Source: an uncultured Geobacteraceae bacterium (GTDB taxonomy: Bacteria > Desulfobacterota > Desulfuromonadia > Geobacterales > Pseudopelobacteraceae). Taken from it: 64,000 bases of DNA. Below the pieces are notes generated by a model. That model was not told the DNA's origin and did not search any database. It saw only the letters and a list, made by a program, of their open reading frames with translations. The position numbers and the translations under genes are program-made. Every line of letters begins with the position of its first letter. The first letter of the stretch is position 1. This document shows positions 17,158 through 26,697 of this stretch, piece by piece. The stretch covers positions 9,431 through 73,430 of the forward strand of contig CAIRBT010000130.1 of the NCBI GenBank assembly GCA_903876875.1, written 5' to 3'.

Positions 17158-19854
17158 ATGGACAGTCGTTTTATAGCCGCCCTGCCGGAAGGTTATTTTG
17201 ATTCTTTGTATCGTGAGTGGCAACAGTCGCCCGAGGGGGTGCCGGTTGAATGGCACCATTTCCTGAGCGGTTTCGAGCTGGGTTCAAATGGCACTGTTCC
17301 TCCGGGCCAGCTGTCCAATGATTCAACGGCTCGCAAGTTGTCCGGGGTTCAGTCGGCCCTGTATCGCTATCGTTCCCTTGGTCATCTCCTCGCCTGTACC
17401 GATCCTCTTTCTCCCTGCCAATTGTCTCACCCCCTGCTGGAGTTGTCCCAATTTGGCCTTGATGAAACTGATCTTGATACGGTGTTTCCCTGCCGTCGTT
17501 TCATGAAATCCGATGCATCCCTGCGGGAAATTGTTGAGACTCTGCGGGAAACCTATTGCCGGGAAATCGGTGTGGAGTTCATGCACATTCAGGATCCTGA
17601 TGAGCGTCAATGGCTCATCGACCGGATGGAGCCGTGCCGGAATCGTCCTGAACTTGATGAAGCGTCACAACTGCATATTCTCGAAAAACTGCATCAGGCG
17701 GCGCTCTTTGAGTCCTTTCTCCATCGTCGCTTTGTGGGGCAAAAACGTTTTTCCCTTGAAGGGGGAGAAGTGCTGATTCCGGTTCTTGATCGGGTTGTGT
17801 CGAGTGGTGCCCGCTCCGGCATTACCGATGTAATTCTTGGGATGTCACATCGGGGACGCTTGAACGTGTTGGCCCATATTCTGGGTAAGCCGTATGAAAA
17901 TATCTTTGCCGAATTCAAAGAAAGTATTTCTCCCGGTTTTACCGGTGAAGGCGATGTGAAATATCATAAAGGGTATTCCTCTGACAGGGAGTTTGACGGG
18001 AAACGTATCCATGTGACGATTGCGGCAAATCCGAGCCATCTTGAGGCGGTCAATGCGGTTGTGGAAGGAAAGTGCCGTGCCCGTCAGGATCGCTACGAGG
18101 GAACTCCGGAGGGGAGTAACCGGGTTGTACCGGTGCTGGTGCATGGTGATGCTGCCTTTGCCGGCCAGGGAAGCGTCATGGAAGTGCTCAATTTGTCGCA
18201 ACTTGATGGGTACAGTACGGGGGGCACACTTCACATTGTGCTCAATAATCAGATCGGTTTCACCACGCTGCCCCGTGATTCCCGCTCCACCAGTTATGCC
18301 ACCGATGTAGCAAAAATGCTCTCCTGTCCTCTGTTTCATGTGCAGGGGGAGGCGCCGGAAGCTGCCGTTCATGCGGTTGACCTGGCAATGGAATACCGCC
18401 GTGTTTACGGTCGTGATGTTGTTATAGAGTTGGTCTGTTACCGTCGTCACGGTCATAACGAGGGGGACGAACCGGCCTTCACTCAACCCAAAATGTACCA
18501 GCAGGTGGCATCACGTCCGTCGGTTAACAAGATTTACCGCCATACTCTGGCCGAAGAGTCCCGCGTTGCGCCGGAACGACTTGACCAGCTTGAGCAGAAG
18601 GTGCTCGCCCAGCTGGAAGCTTCCTTTACCACCCCCCCCTTGGAACGTGCCATTGGCTTTTCAGACCGCTGGAGCGATTTCAGTGCCGTGTATTCAACAG
18701 ATGCCGTTGCAACCGCCGTAGCGTCGGAGCAATTGCGCTCCATTGCTGACAGGGTGGCCAGGATACCGGAGGGTTTTATTCCCCATGGGAAAATCGCCAC
18801 GTTAGTAGAAAAACGGCGGGAAGCTGTCAAACAGGGAGTGGGAATAGACTGGGGCAATGCTGAAACATTGGCCTATGGCTCACTTCTGGAGGAGGGGTAT
18901 TCTATTCGGTTGTCGGGTCAGGACTCCCGGAGGGGAACTTTTAATCATCGTCATTGTGTGCTGATTGATTCCCGTGATGAAAAGAATCACACTCCCCTCG
19001 CTGCGCTTGCCAGCAATGGAGCCACCTTTCAGGTGTGGAATAGTTCGCTTTCCGAGTTCGGAGTGCTTGGTTTTGAGTATGGTTACTCACTTGAAACACC
19101 ACACTGTTTGACCATCTGGGAAGCCCAGTTTGGCGATTTTGCCAACGGTGCCCAGGTAATTATCGATCAGTTTATCGCCGGTGGTGAAACCAAATGGAAT
19201 CGTGCCAGCGGCCTTGTCATGCTGCTGCCCCATGGCTACGAAGGGCAGGGTGCCGAACACTCCAGTGCCCGCATCGAACGGTTTCTCCAGTTGTCAGCCG
19301 GAGAGAACATGCTGATTGCCACCCCTTCCACACCGGCACAGATGTTCCACCTTCTGAGGCGCCAACTGCATCAGAAATTTAGAAAACCGTTGGTGGTTTT
19401 TACCCCGAAAAGTCTCTTGCGCCATCCCGATTGCAGCTCCGAATTGTCGGAACTGAGTGAGGGCGGTTTTCAGCCAATTATAGTCGGTGGTGCCGAACCA
19501 GGTACGGCTGATAAGGTCATCTTTTGCAGCGGTAAAATCTTTTATGACCTTGAGGCCGAGCTACAACGTCGTACTGTGTCGGCAACGGTAGTCGTCCGGA
19601 TAGAGCAACTGTACCCGCTCGATAGCTCCGCTCTGCGTACCGTACTTGAGACTATCCCTGCACAGTGCCGATTACTGTGGGTTCAGGAAGAACCAGAAAA
19701 CATGGGGGCGTGGCATTTCATAGAGCGTCATTTCAGGCGGATGCAGAGAGAAATTGTCTACATAGGCCGTGAGGAGAATTCCTGTCCGGCCGTCGGTTCA
19801 CATCACCTTCACGCAGTACAGCAGGCTGAAATTCTCGATAAGGCTCTTTTGTAA
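17158..19854 (+). CDS. sucA: 2-oxoglutarate dehydrogenase E1 component (ThDP-dependent)
   Basis: The start is at M78 of the ORF (GGAG 9 nt upstream). HRGRLNVLAHILGKPYENIFAEF, GDVKYHKGYS, HGDAAFAGQG and LNNQIGFTT are SucA signatures. Confidence 0.9.
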   Translation: MDSRFIAALPEGYFDSLYREWQQSPEGVPVEWHHFLSGFELGSNGTVPPGQLSNDSTARKLSGVQSALYRYRSLGHLLACTDPLSPCQLSHPLLELSQFGLDETDLDTVFPCRRFMKSDASLREIVETLRETYCREIGVEFMHIQDPDERQWLIDRMEPCRNRPELDEASQLHILEKLHQAALFESFLHRRFVGQKRFSLEGGEVLIPVLDRVVSSGARSGITDVILGMSHRGRLNVLAHILGKPYENIFAEFKESISPGFTGEGDVKYHKGYSSDREFDGKRIHVTIAANPSHLEAVNAVVEGKCRARQDRYEGTPEGSNRVVPVLVHGDAAFAGQGSVMEVLNLSQLDGYSTGGTLHIVLNNQIGFTTLPRDSRSTSYATDVAKMLSCPLFHVQGEAPEAAVHAVDLAMEYRRVYGRDVVIELVCYRRHGHNEGDEPAFTQPKMYQQVASRPSVNKIYRHTLAEESRVAPERLDQLEQKVLAQLEASFTTPPLERAIGFSDRWSDFSAVYSTDAVATAVASEQLRSIADRVARIPEGFIPHGKIATLVEKRREAVKQGVGIDWGNAETLAYGSLLEEGYSIRLSGQDSRRGTFNHRHCVLIDSRDEKNHTPLAALASNGATFQVWNSSLSEFGVLGFEYGYSLETPHCLTIWEAQFGDFANGAQVIIDQFIAGGETKWNRASGLVMLLPHGYEGQGAEHSSARIERFLQLSAGENMLIATPSTPAQMFHLLRRQLHQKFRKPLVVFTPKSLLRHPDCSSELSELSEGGFQPIIVGGAEPGTADKVIFCSGKIFYDLEAELQRRTVSATVVVRIEQLYPLDSSALRTVLETIPAQCRLLWVQEEPENMGAWHFIERHFRRMQREIVYIGREENSCPAVGSHHLHAVQQAEILDKALL

Positions 19855-19940
19855 TAAAAAAATTATCGTGACAGAGGGATATTTACTCTGGTAAAACAAA
19901 AATGTGGTTCTTTGCTGGCATTACGTTAAAGAGAAGGGCA

Positions 19941-21209
19941 ATGATGCTTAATTTACTCTTTATTTCAGATAGTCCCCAGGTGGATACTGTTAAAGAGCAC
20001 CTTCAGCCGCTCGTCAAGGTTATTATTGATGTGGTAGCCGATTTTGATCGGGGAATGAAGGAGGTTCTTGACAAGCGACCGGCCATTATCTGTATCCAGG
20101 ATCAGATTCGGGGTGTTACCGGTGAAAGTGTGGCCCGGCATATCCAGATGTTACTGGGGAGCGGAGCACCCCGTTTTATCCTTCTACACGACGGTGCGGG
20201 CACTGCCCGGCTTGTGCAGGGCCTTTTTGAACATCTGGTCGATTTGAGTCAGGATGATGCTGGTATCATGAAACAGATCATCGAGTGCCTCAAATTACTC
20301 TTGGAAGATCAATGGGACAAAATTAGTTCTTCCTCGGTAGTTACTGCCAATTCCGACGATGGTTTGGGGTGGCTCCAGTCACCCAGCGATCAACTTGCAG
20401 AACTGTTGAAGGAAGATTCTTATAAGTATCCTCTTTCTCCCCCGGCACCAGAGTCGTTGCCCGGTGGTGACTCCGTGACAGAGACTCTACCTGCGGCAGT
20501 CACTGAAACTGTCGTTCCACCGCTGCCCAACAGCCGCCCTGAGTTTCGTATTACTCCCGTTACCCCCCCTCCGCGTGCCACGCAGAGTGAAGTCGCGGCA
20601 AAAACTACTGTCGAACGATCACGTCCGCAGCTCTCCTTTTCTAATCGCCGTCTGGCAGCACTGCTGGTATGTACGGTCGCTGCTGCTGCAGTTGTGTACA
20701 CGGTTTCCCTTGGTGGTGGGAATATATCACTTCCGGGATCCCTTACTGCTTTGTTTGCGACCAAACAGCAGCCAGTACACATTATACCAGCACCGGTTCA
20801 GACTTCGGTGCCGGTGTCCCCACTCCCCAAACAGTCACCCCCTGCTACCGCTGCTGTTCCAGATCAACTCCCCTTGTTTATACCGGTAGATGGGCGTGAC
20901 AGTAGCTATGGGAGTAAAAATCCCGGCTGGGAGCGTTATGTGGACAGCCATGCCGAATTCAGAACCTTTACTGCATCGGGTCGGTTAGAGGCGGTTCAGG
21001 TACTCCCGGTAAACGGTTCGGTGATTCCGGAAAATCTCTTGGCAACGGTGCTCCGTGAATTAACCGGCAACGAGCAGTACCAGATACAGACCCGAAGTAT
21101 CAAATCCGGCGTTAAGGTGGAATGCGGTACCACGTCAAAAAACGGTGATATTCTTGTCTACCGGAGTAATCGTGGCACTGTGCAGGCTTTTGTAGTTTCT
21201 GTCAAATAA
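19941..21209 (+). CDS. Hypothetical bitopic membrane protein (degenerate receiver-like N-domain, Pro-rich linkers, one TM, C-terminal periplasmic domain)
   Basis: N-terminal approximately 125 aa have a flavodoxin/REC-like beta-alpha pattern (LLFISDS..., AIICIQDQI..., RFILLHDG) but no DD acidic pair. TM helix LAALLVCTVAAAAVVYTV. Pro-rich stretches lie on both sides. Confidence 0.6.
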   Translation: MMLNLLFISDSPQVDTVKEHLQPLVKVIIDVVADFDRGMKEVLDKRPAIICIQDQIRGVTGESVARHIQMLLGSGAPRFILLHDGAGTARLVQGLFEHLVDLSQDDAGIMKQIIECLKLLLEDQWDKISSSSVVTANSDDGLGWLQSPSDQLAELLKEDSYKYPLSPPAPESLPGGDSVTETLPAAVTETVVPPLPNSRPEFRITPVTPPPRATQSEVAAKTTVERSRPQLSFSNRRLAALLVCTVAAAAVVYTVSLGGGNISLPGSLTALFATKQQPVHIIPAPVQTSVPVSPLPKQSPPATAAVPDQLPLFIPVDGRDSSYGSKNPGWERYVDSHAEFRTFTASGRLEAVQVLPVNGSVIPENLLATVLRELTGNEQYQIQTRSIKSGVKVECGTTSKNGDILVYRSNRGTVQAFVVSVK

Positions 21210-21314
21210 TACATTGTATTACGCTAACATACTAACAATTGCCATTTGGATTTTTTTAGGTTATAAGCTGGTGAGCCTTTTTTTAACCCCATCAACCTTC
21301 ATTTCGGAGTTTGA

Positions 21315-22859
21315 ATGTCCCGCTTACAGAAATTGGCACTCCTGTCGGTAGTGTGGTGTGCAGTGGTTACGGTACTCCAAGCCCCCGTTGTACATGCCGC
21401 GATGGATCCGCGCTTTGAGCTGGATCCACGAGCTGTTGCCCCTCCAAAAGAGAGTGACTCAAAAAGAAATATGCCCAATAAGGTATTAGCGCGAACGGTT
21501 CGTAAAAAAGAGACGCTTAATCCCGATAAAGGGGGTGTCTATACCGTCACGACGTTCGAAAAGTTACAACAGTTGCTCGTTAAAAAACTGGGGTTGGATG
21601 ATAACGAAACGGGGCTGTTTCTTGAAGAGATCCGGCACGAAAATAATTTGCTGGATATCACTCGTTTAAAAAGTGGCCAGAAGATTGTCATACCACCGGT
21701 GAAACGTCACCCTGACGGTACCCTGAAGCTTACCGCAACCGCCTCCATCGACAAGGGGCAGGGGACGCACACAGAAAGTGATGCCCGTCAAACATTCAGG
21801 CTTGCATCATCGGCACCCCCGGTGACCGATCAGGAACTTGTCGGTAAGGCACTTACGGTCTGGAAAACGATAATTCCTCGTAATAATGTGGAGCTGAAGC
21901 CACTTTCTCTCCAGAGTAATGCCTTTTCCCTCTCTCTTGATACGGCTCACTATCCTACTTTTACCAGAATGGATGGAGGGCGGATTATACTTGACTCCAA
22001 TGGCACCATCCCCCCGCTGGTGAAGTCACTGATTGAGGCGAAGGACCCCTCGGTACGCATACTGTCTGATACCGGTGCGGGTTCAAAACAACTCATGGCA
22101 TCACTGCTTGGGGCTGCCGGTTTTTTTTCAGTTGAAGAAAACTTCACCATGGAATTTGGTGTGGATCCAAAGTTGACCGTTCAGGCTGATTTTAAAGTTG
22201 AAAAAAAACCCGACAGTCTTATGACACAGGATATGTTGTTGGTGAACAGTGGACAGGTGGCTTTTCCGACCCTGATCGGTAACTTTCTTAAAAAAGAAGG
22301 CTTTGCTCTTCAGGAGCCGTTTGCGACGCGCACGCCGCTGTCTCACCATGATACCAGAACCATTAACAACATTTCCGAAACCCAACAGTCCAAGATGGTG
22401 GATGCCATTCTCTCCGCTTTTGCAGTAACTTCCGAACCGAATCGCAAGATTGAGGTGTTTGCGTCAGAACGTAACGGCATCTCGTTATCAGTCAACAGTG
22501 AACGGTATTTTGTGCGGGGTGATAAAAAATACGTTGTGACGAGTTTTGATGGAGATCCCATTAATTATACCTTATTCAGAATTCTTGAAACGAAAGGGTA
22601 TAATGTGGTTATTCTGCAACCGGAGGATGATTTTCGGACAGTTTCGGAAAAATTTATTTCCCGGATGAAGCTCTCCGGAAGCTACGGTTTCCATGACCTC
22701 TTGAAAGATACCTCTGCCGGCTATTCGCTTCAGATGTCCGGTTTTAAGCTGGATGACCGCTTACTTCCCGGCGGGGGAATTTTTTTGACCGATCGTCCCA
22801 TGGATCGAATTATCAGAGACCTCTGCAGTGAAAACGGTTATAATATCGTAACTCATTGA
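21315..22859 (+). CDS. Hypothetical secreted protein with LysM-like segment
   Basis: Signal peptide MSRLQKLALLSVVWCAVVTVLQAPVVHA. Residues approximately 75-125 (YTVTTFEKLQQLLVKKLGL...NLLDITRLKSGQKIVIPP) resemble LysM. The rest is unassigned. Confidence 0.6.
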   Translation: MSRLQKLALLSVVWCAVVTVLQAPVVHAAMDPRFELDPRAVAPPKESDSKRNMPNKVLARTVRKKETLNPDKGGVYTVTTFEKLQQLLVKKLGLDDNETGLFLEEIRHENNLLDITRLKSGQKIVIPPVKRHPDGTLKLTATASIDKGQGTHTESDARQTFRLASSAPPVTDQELVGKALTVWKTIIPRNNVELKPLSLQSNAFSLSLDTAHYPTFTRMDGGRIILDSNGTIPPLVKSLIEAKDPSVRILSDTGAGSKQLMASLLGAAGFFSVEENFTMEFGVDPKLTVQADFKVEKKPDSLMTQDMLLVNSGQVAFPTLIGNFLKKEGFALQEPFATRTPLSHHDTRTINNISETQQSKMVDAILSAFAVTSEPNRKIEVFASERNGISLSVNSERYFVRGDKKYVVTSFDGDPINYTLFRILETKGYNVVILQPEDDFRTVSEKFISRMKLSGSYGFHDLLKDTSAGYSLQMSGFKLDDRLLPGGGIFLTDRPMDRIIRDLCSENGYNIVTH

Positions 22860-22889
22860 TATTAGTCTGAATAAATTTCGTATCTCCAC

Positions 22890-22930
22890 CGCCCGTACCT
22901 TTGCTACCTGTGCCAAGGGCGGGCGTTTAT
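22890..22930 (+). terminator. Possible stem-loop terminator
   Basis: CGCCCG..CCTT...AAGG.CGGGCG followed by TTTAT. The stem is interrupted and the U-tract is weak. Confidence 0.3.
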
Positions 22931-22953
22931 ACATAGATGAGGAGTTGTGTACC

Positions 22954-24882
22954 ATGAATGTCAGAAAAGTAGGCGAACTGCTGGTAGAGAGAAATCTCAT
23001 TACCAAGGAACAGCTCCATGAAGCACTGGAACTTCAGAAAATATTCCCTGACCAGACGGTTGGGCAATTACTTTGCAAGCTTGGATTTATAAATGAATGT
23101 GATCTGGGTCTGGTCCTCGACCAAAAGGACAAAAGGCGTAAGCTCACCGATATTCTTCTGGAAAAAGGCATTGTCGATCTTCAAAAGATTGCGAAAGCTG
23201 TTGATTTGAGTAAGCAACATGGCATAACGTTTGAAAAATCGCTTCTGAAGTTGAGTTATGTTGATGAAGAATCTCTTTCAAAATGTATCGCAATTCAATA
23301 TGACATGCCGTATGTGAATATAAATGCGGCGAATCTTGATCCCTCACTTTCTCACTATATCAGTTCGGTCTACGCTCAAAAGCAACGGATTGTGCCCATT
23401 TCCAAGATCGGCAATACGCTGACTCTGACCATGGTCTACCCTCTCAAATCACTGGTTATTCGGGAGTTGGAAGATAGTATCCGTCTGAAAATTATCTCGG
23501 CTATTGCCTCTGAATCTAGTATCGCAAGCTGTCTTAAAAAACTCTATAATATTGAATCTACCACAACTGCTGATGCGGAAGTTAATCTTGATTTAGTTCC
23601 TGACAGTATTGTTGACCTGCTCAGTAACACGTCGTCCGGAGAAGAGCCGGAAGTAGAGGAAGAGACCAAGAAGGTAACTGAAAAAGACAGTGTCATTGTA
23701 AAACTGGTTAATAAAATTATTTATGATGCGTTCATGAATAAGGCTTCGGATGTTCATATTGAACCATATCCGGGCAAGAGAGATGTCATTGTACGAATCC
23801 GGGTTGATGGCCAATGTTCGGTATATCAACGCATTCCCTATAAATATAAATATGCCTTGCCGTCACGCATCAAGATTATGGCTGAACTCGATATTGCGGA
23901 GCGGAGGAGACCACAGGACGGGAAAATTGAGTTCAAAAAATTCGGTCCCCTTGATATTGAGTTGCGTATAGCGACGATGCCGACCGTGGGTGGCCTTGAG
24001 GATATTGTTATTCGTCTGCTTGCCAGTGGTGATCCGGTCGGATTTACCCAGCTTGGTCTGACCGAGCGTAACCTGCGGGTATTTAGTGAATCGCTGGAAA
24101 GTCCCTTTGGGTTGATTTTGGTTGTTGGTCCAACCGGTTCCGGGAAGACGACCACACTCCACTCGGGGCTTGCACAGATTAATCAGACAAACCGTAAAAT
24201 CTGGACTGCCGAAGACCCGGTTGAAATAACCCAGGCCGGACTTCGTCAGGTGCAGGTGAATCCCCGTATCGGTATGACATTTGCGATGGCTCTCCGCTCT
24301 TTTCTTCGTCTTGACCCGGATGTCATCATGGTGGGTGAAATGCGTGACGAAGAAACCGCTAATACGGCCGTTGAAGCATCGCTGACCGGTCACCTGGTGC
24401 TATCGACCCTTCATACAAATTCTGCGGCAGAAACCGTGACACGGCTTCTTGAGATGGGGTTGGATCCCTATAGTTTCTCAGATTCATTGTTAACCGTGGT
24501 GGCACAACGACTGGCTCGTCGCCTCTGTCATGAGTGCAAGCAGGCAGTGCCATTATCTGAAAGTGAATTTAATGAACTTGTTACTGAATATGGTGAGCAT
24601 GACTTCAAAGATACCGGTCTTTCCCCGCAGGATGTCACCATATATCGTGCCGTTGGCTGTGATCGCTGTGGCCACTCCGGGTATCGCGGGAGGTTGGGGA
24701 TCCATGAGGTACTCGAATGCACACCGAATCTCAAGCGGTTGATAAAGCAGCGGGCAGATACGGAGGTCATTCGAACACAGGCGGTTAAAGATGGTATGAC
24801 AACCATGAAACAGGACGGTATTATCAAAGTTCTTCAGGGGCATACCGACATCCTCGAAGTACGGCGAGTCTGCATAAAATAA
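22954..24882 (+). CDS. GspE/PilB/MshE-family secretion ATPase with MshEN-like N-terminus
   Basis: GAGGAG lies 9 nt before ATG 22954. Walker A GPTGSGKTT, Asp box, Walker B (DPDVIMVGEMRD), His box (TGHLVLSTLHTN), tetracysteine CHECK...CDRCGHSGYRG. The N-terminal repeats are of the form KVGELLVERNLITKEQLHEALELQ. Confidence 0.9.
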   Translation: MNVRKVGELLVERNLITKEQLHEALELQKIFPDQTVGQLLCKLGFINECDLGLVLDQKDKRRKLTDILLEKGIVDLQKIAKAVDLSKQHGITFEKSLLKLSYVDEESLSKCIAIQYDMPYVNINAANLDPSLSHYISSVYAQKQRIVPISKIGNTLTLTMVYPLKSLVIRELEDSIRLKIISAIASESSIASCLKKLYNIESTTTADAEVNLDLVPDSIVDLLSNTSSGEEPEVEEETKKVTEKDSVIVKLVNKIIYDAFMNKASDVHIEPYPGKRDVIVRIRVDGQCSVYQRIPYKYKYALPSRIKIMAELDIAERRRPQDGKIEFKKFGPLDIELRIATMPTVGGLEDIVIRLLASGDPVGFTQLGLTERNLRVFSESLESPFGLILVVGPTGSGKTTTLHSGLAQINQTNRKIWTAEDPVEITQAGLRQVQVNPRIGMTFAMALRSFLRLDPDVIMVGEMRDEETANTAVEASLTGHLVLSTLHTNSAAETVTRLLEMGLDPYSFSDSLLTVVAQRLARRLCHECKQAVPLSESEFNELVTEYGEHDFKDTGLSPQDVTIYRAVGCDRCGHSGYRGRLGIHEVLECTPNLKRLIKQRADTEVIRTQAVKDGMTTMKQDGIIKVLQGHTDILEVRRVCIK

Positions 24883-24959
24883 CCGTTTAACGGAAAAATA
24901 TTCTTGCAATAATTGCTCTGGCATGGTAGGTAGAAGAACAATTTATGTTCACTCGCTAG

Positions 24960-24986
24960 GTGAGCTCGCAAGGCTCACTTTTTTTT
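24960..24986 (+). terminator. Rho-independent terminator
   Basis: GTGAGC-tcgcaag-GCTCAC followed by eight T. Confidence 0.75.
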
Positions 24987-25002
24987 GTTTAACGGGATTG
25001 GT

Positions 25003-25488
25003 ATGGCTACGCAAAAAGAAGATACGTGTACACAGGTTACCGGCATTGCCCGGCCGATTCTCGATTCCCTGGGTCTTGAGCTTGTCGATATGGAGTATGG
25101 TCGGGTAGGGCGTGATGCCGTATTACGGATTTTTATTGATAAAGAAGGCGGGGTTATGCTTGACGATTGTGCCGAATTCAGTCGTGAGCTATCGCTTATT
25201 CTTGACGTAGAAGATATTATTGCTTGTAATTATTCACTGGAGGTGTCTTCACCCGGACTTGATCGCCCGTTAAAGAAACAGGCTGATTATGATCGTTTTG
25301 TCGGTCGTCTGGTTAAGATTCGCACCTATCAGCCCTATATGGACGATAGTGGTAACAAGCGCAAAACTTTTCTTGGAAAATTAGATGGACTGGTGGACGG
25401 TGTTGTCAGGATGACTCTGAACGAAGGGCAGACCGCATCGATTCCGCTTGACCGGGTTGCCAAGGCGAATCTGGAATTTGAACTCTAA
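25003..25488 (+). CDS. rimP: Ribosome maturation factor RimP
   Basis: LEVSSPGLDRPLK motif and the position upstream of nusA. The start is placed at ATG 25003 because the longer ORF would begin inside the terminator U-tract. Confidence 0.9.
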   Translation: MATQKEDTCTQVTGIARPILDSLGLELVDMEYGRVGRDAVLRIFIDKEGGVMLDDCAEFSRELSLILDVEDIIACNYSLEVSSPGLDRPLKKQADYDRFVGRLVKIRTYQPYMDDSGNKRKTFLGKLDGLVDGVVRMTLNEGQTASIPLDRVAKANLEFEL

Positions 25489-25526
25489 TCCGTAATGCCC
25501 ATATATGCCAGCAAGGAGAAGCAATC

Positions 25527-26690
25527 GTGGATACAATCATTAACCTCAAACATGCAATCGATCAACTGGTAAAAGAGAAAAACATCGACCGGCAGGTGGT
25601 TTTAGAGGCGATGGAGCAGGCTGTTTTAACGGCTGCCAATAAAAAATATCGTAATACCCGTGATCTTGAAGCCCATTATAACCACGAATCCGGCGAAGTT
25701 GAGCTGTTTGAATTCGTGACCGTTGTTGAAGAGGTGGAAGATTCCTATAAGGAAATCGGTCTTGATGAGGCCCATGAAATTGATCCTGAAGCAGAAATCG
25801 GCGACTCATTGGGAGAAAAACTTGATTCCAGTGGTTTCAGTCGCATAGCAGCACAGACGGCAAAACAGGTTATTATACAAAAAGTTCGTGATGCGGAACG
25901 TGAAACGATCTACAATGAATACAGTGACAGAGTCTGGGAAGTTATTACCGGGATGGTTCGGCGCTTCGAAAAGGGGGAACTGCTCATTGATCTTGGTCGT
26001 GCCGAAGCGGTACTGCCGGCAAAAGAACAGATGCCACGGGAAGTATATCGCCCCGGCGATCGGATTCGGGCAATTATAACCGATATCCGCATGACCACCA
26101 AAGGGCCACAGATCATGCTTTCCCGTACCCATCCCAGTATGCTTGCCAAGCTCTTTGAAGCTGAGGTGCCTGAGATTGCCGAAGGGATCGTTGAGATTAA
26201 CGCCATCGTTCGTGATGCCGGTAGCCGGGCAAAAATTGCCGTATCTTCCAATGATCGTGACGTTGATCCGGTTGGTGCCTGTGTTGGTATGCGTGGTGCC
26301 CGCGTCCAGAATGTGGTTTCCGAACTTCGTGGTGAAAAGATTGATATTATCCCCTGGTCGGAAGATATTGCCCGTTTTGCCTGTAACGCCCTGTCACCTG
26401 CTCAGGTTTCCAAAGTTTTTGTTGATGAAGAGAAACGGGCTCTGGAGATTATTGTTGCCGATGATCAATTGTCACTTGCCATCGGTAAACGGGGGCAGAA
26501 TGTCAGTCTTGCCGCTCGCTTGACCGGTTGCCGTATTGATATCAAGAGTGAAACGAAGGTTTCCGAAGCAGCTGCACAGGAGTTTTCCTCCTTTGATGGT
26601 ACCGATGCTGATGAAGCTGTTGTAGTGGCTGAAGAACCGGTGGTCACAACAGATGAGGGAGAGGAACCAGCTGTTGCCGTTGCAGAATAA
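25527..26690 (+). CDS. nusA: Transcription termination/antitermination factor NusA (no AR1/AR2 repeats)
   Basis: NTD, S1 (GDRIRAIITDI) and KH1/KH2 (GMRGARVQNVVSELRGEKIDII; AIGKRGQNVSLAARLTG), with an acidic tail. Confidence 0.95.
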   Translation: MDTIINLKHAIDQLVKEKNIDRQVVLEAMEQAVLTAANKKYRNTRDLEAHYNHESGEVELFEFVTVVEEVEDSYKEIGLDEAHEIDPEAEIGDSLGEKLDSSGFSRIAAQTAKQVIIQKVRDAERETIYNEYSDRVWEVITGMVRRFEKGELLIDLGRAEAVLPAKEQMPREVYRPGDRIRAIITDIRMTTKGPQIMLSRTHPSMLAKLFEAEVPEIAEGIVEINAIVRDAGSRAKIAVSSNDRDVDPVGACVGMRGARVQNVVSELRGEKIDIIPWSEDIARFACNALSPAQVSKVFVDEEKRALEIIVADDQLSLAIGKRGQNVSLAARLTGCRIDIKSETKVSEAAAQEFSSFDGTDADEAVVVAEEPVVTTDEGEEPAVAVAE

Positions 26691-26697
26691 TCACTCC

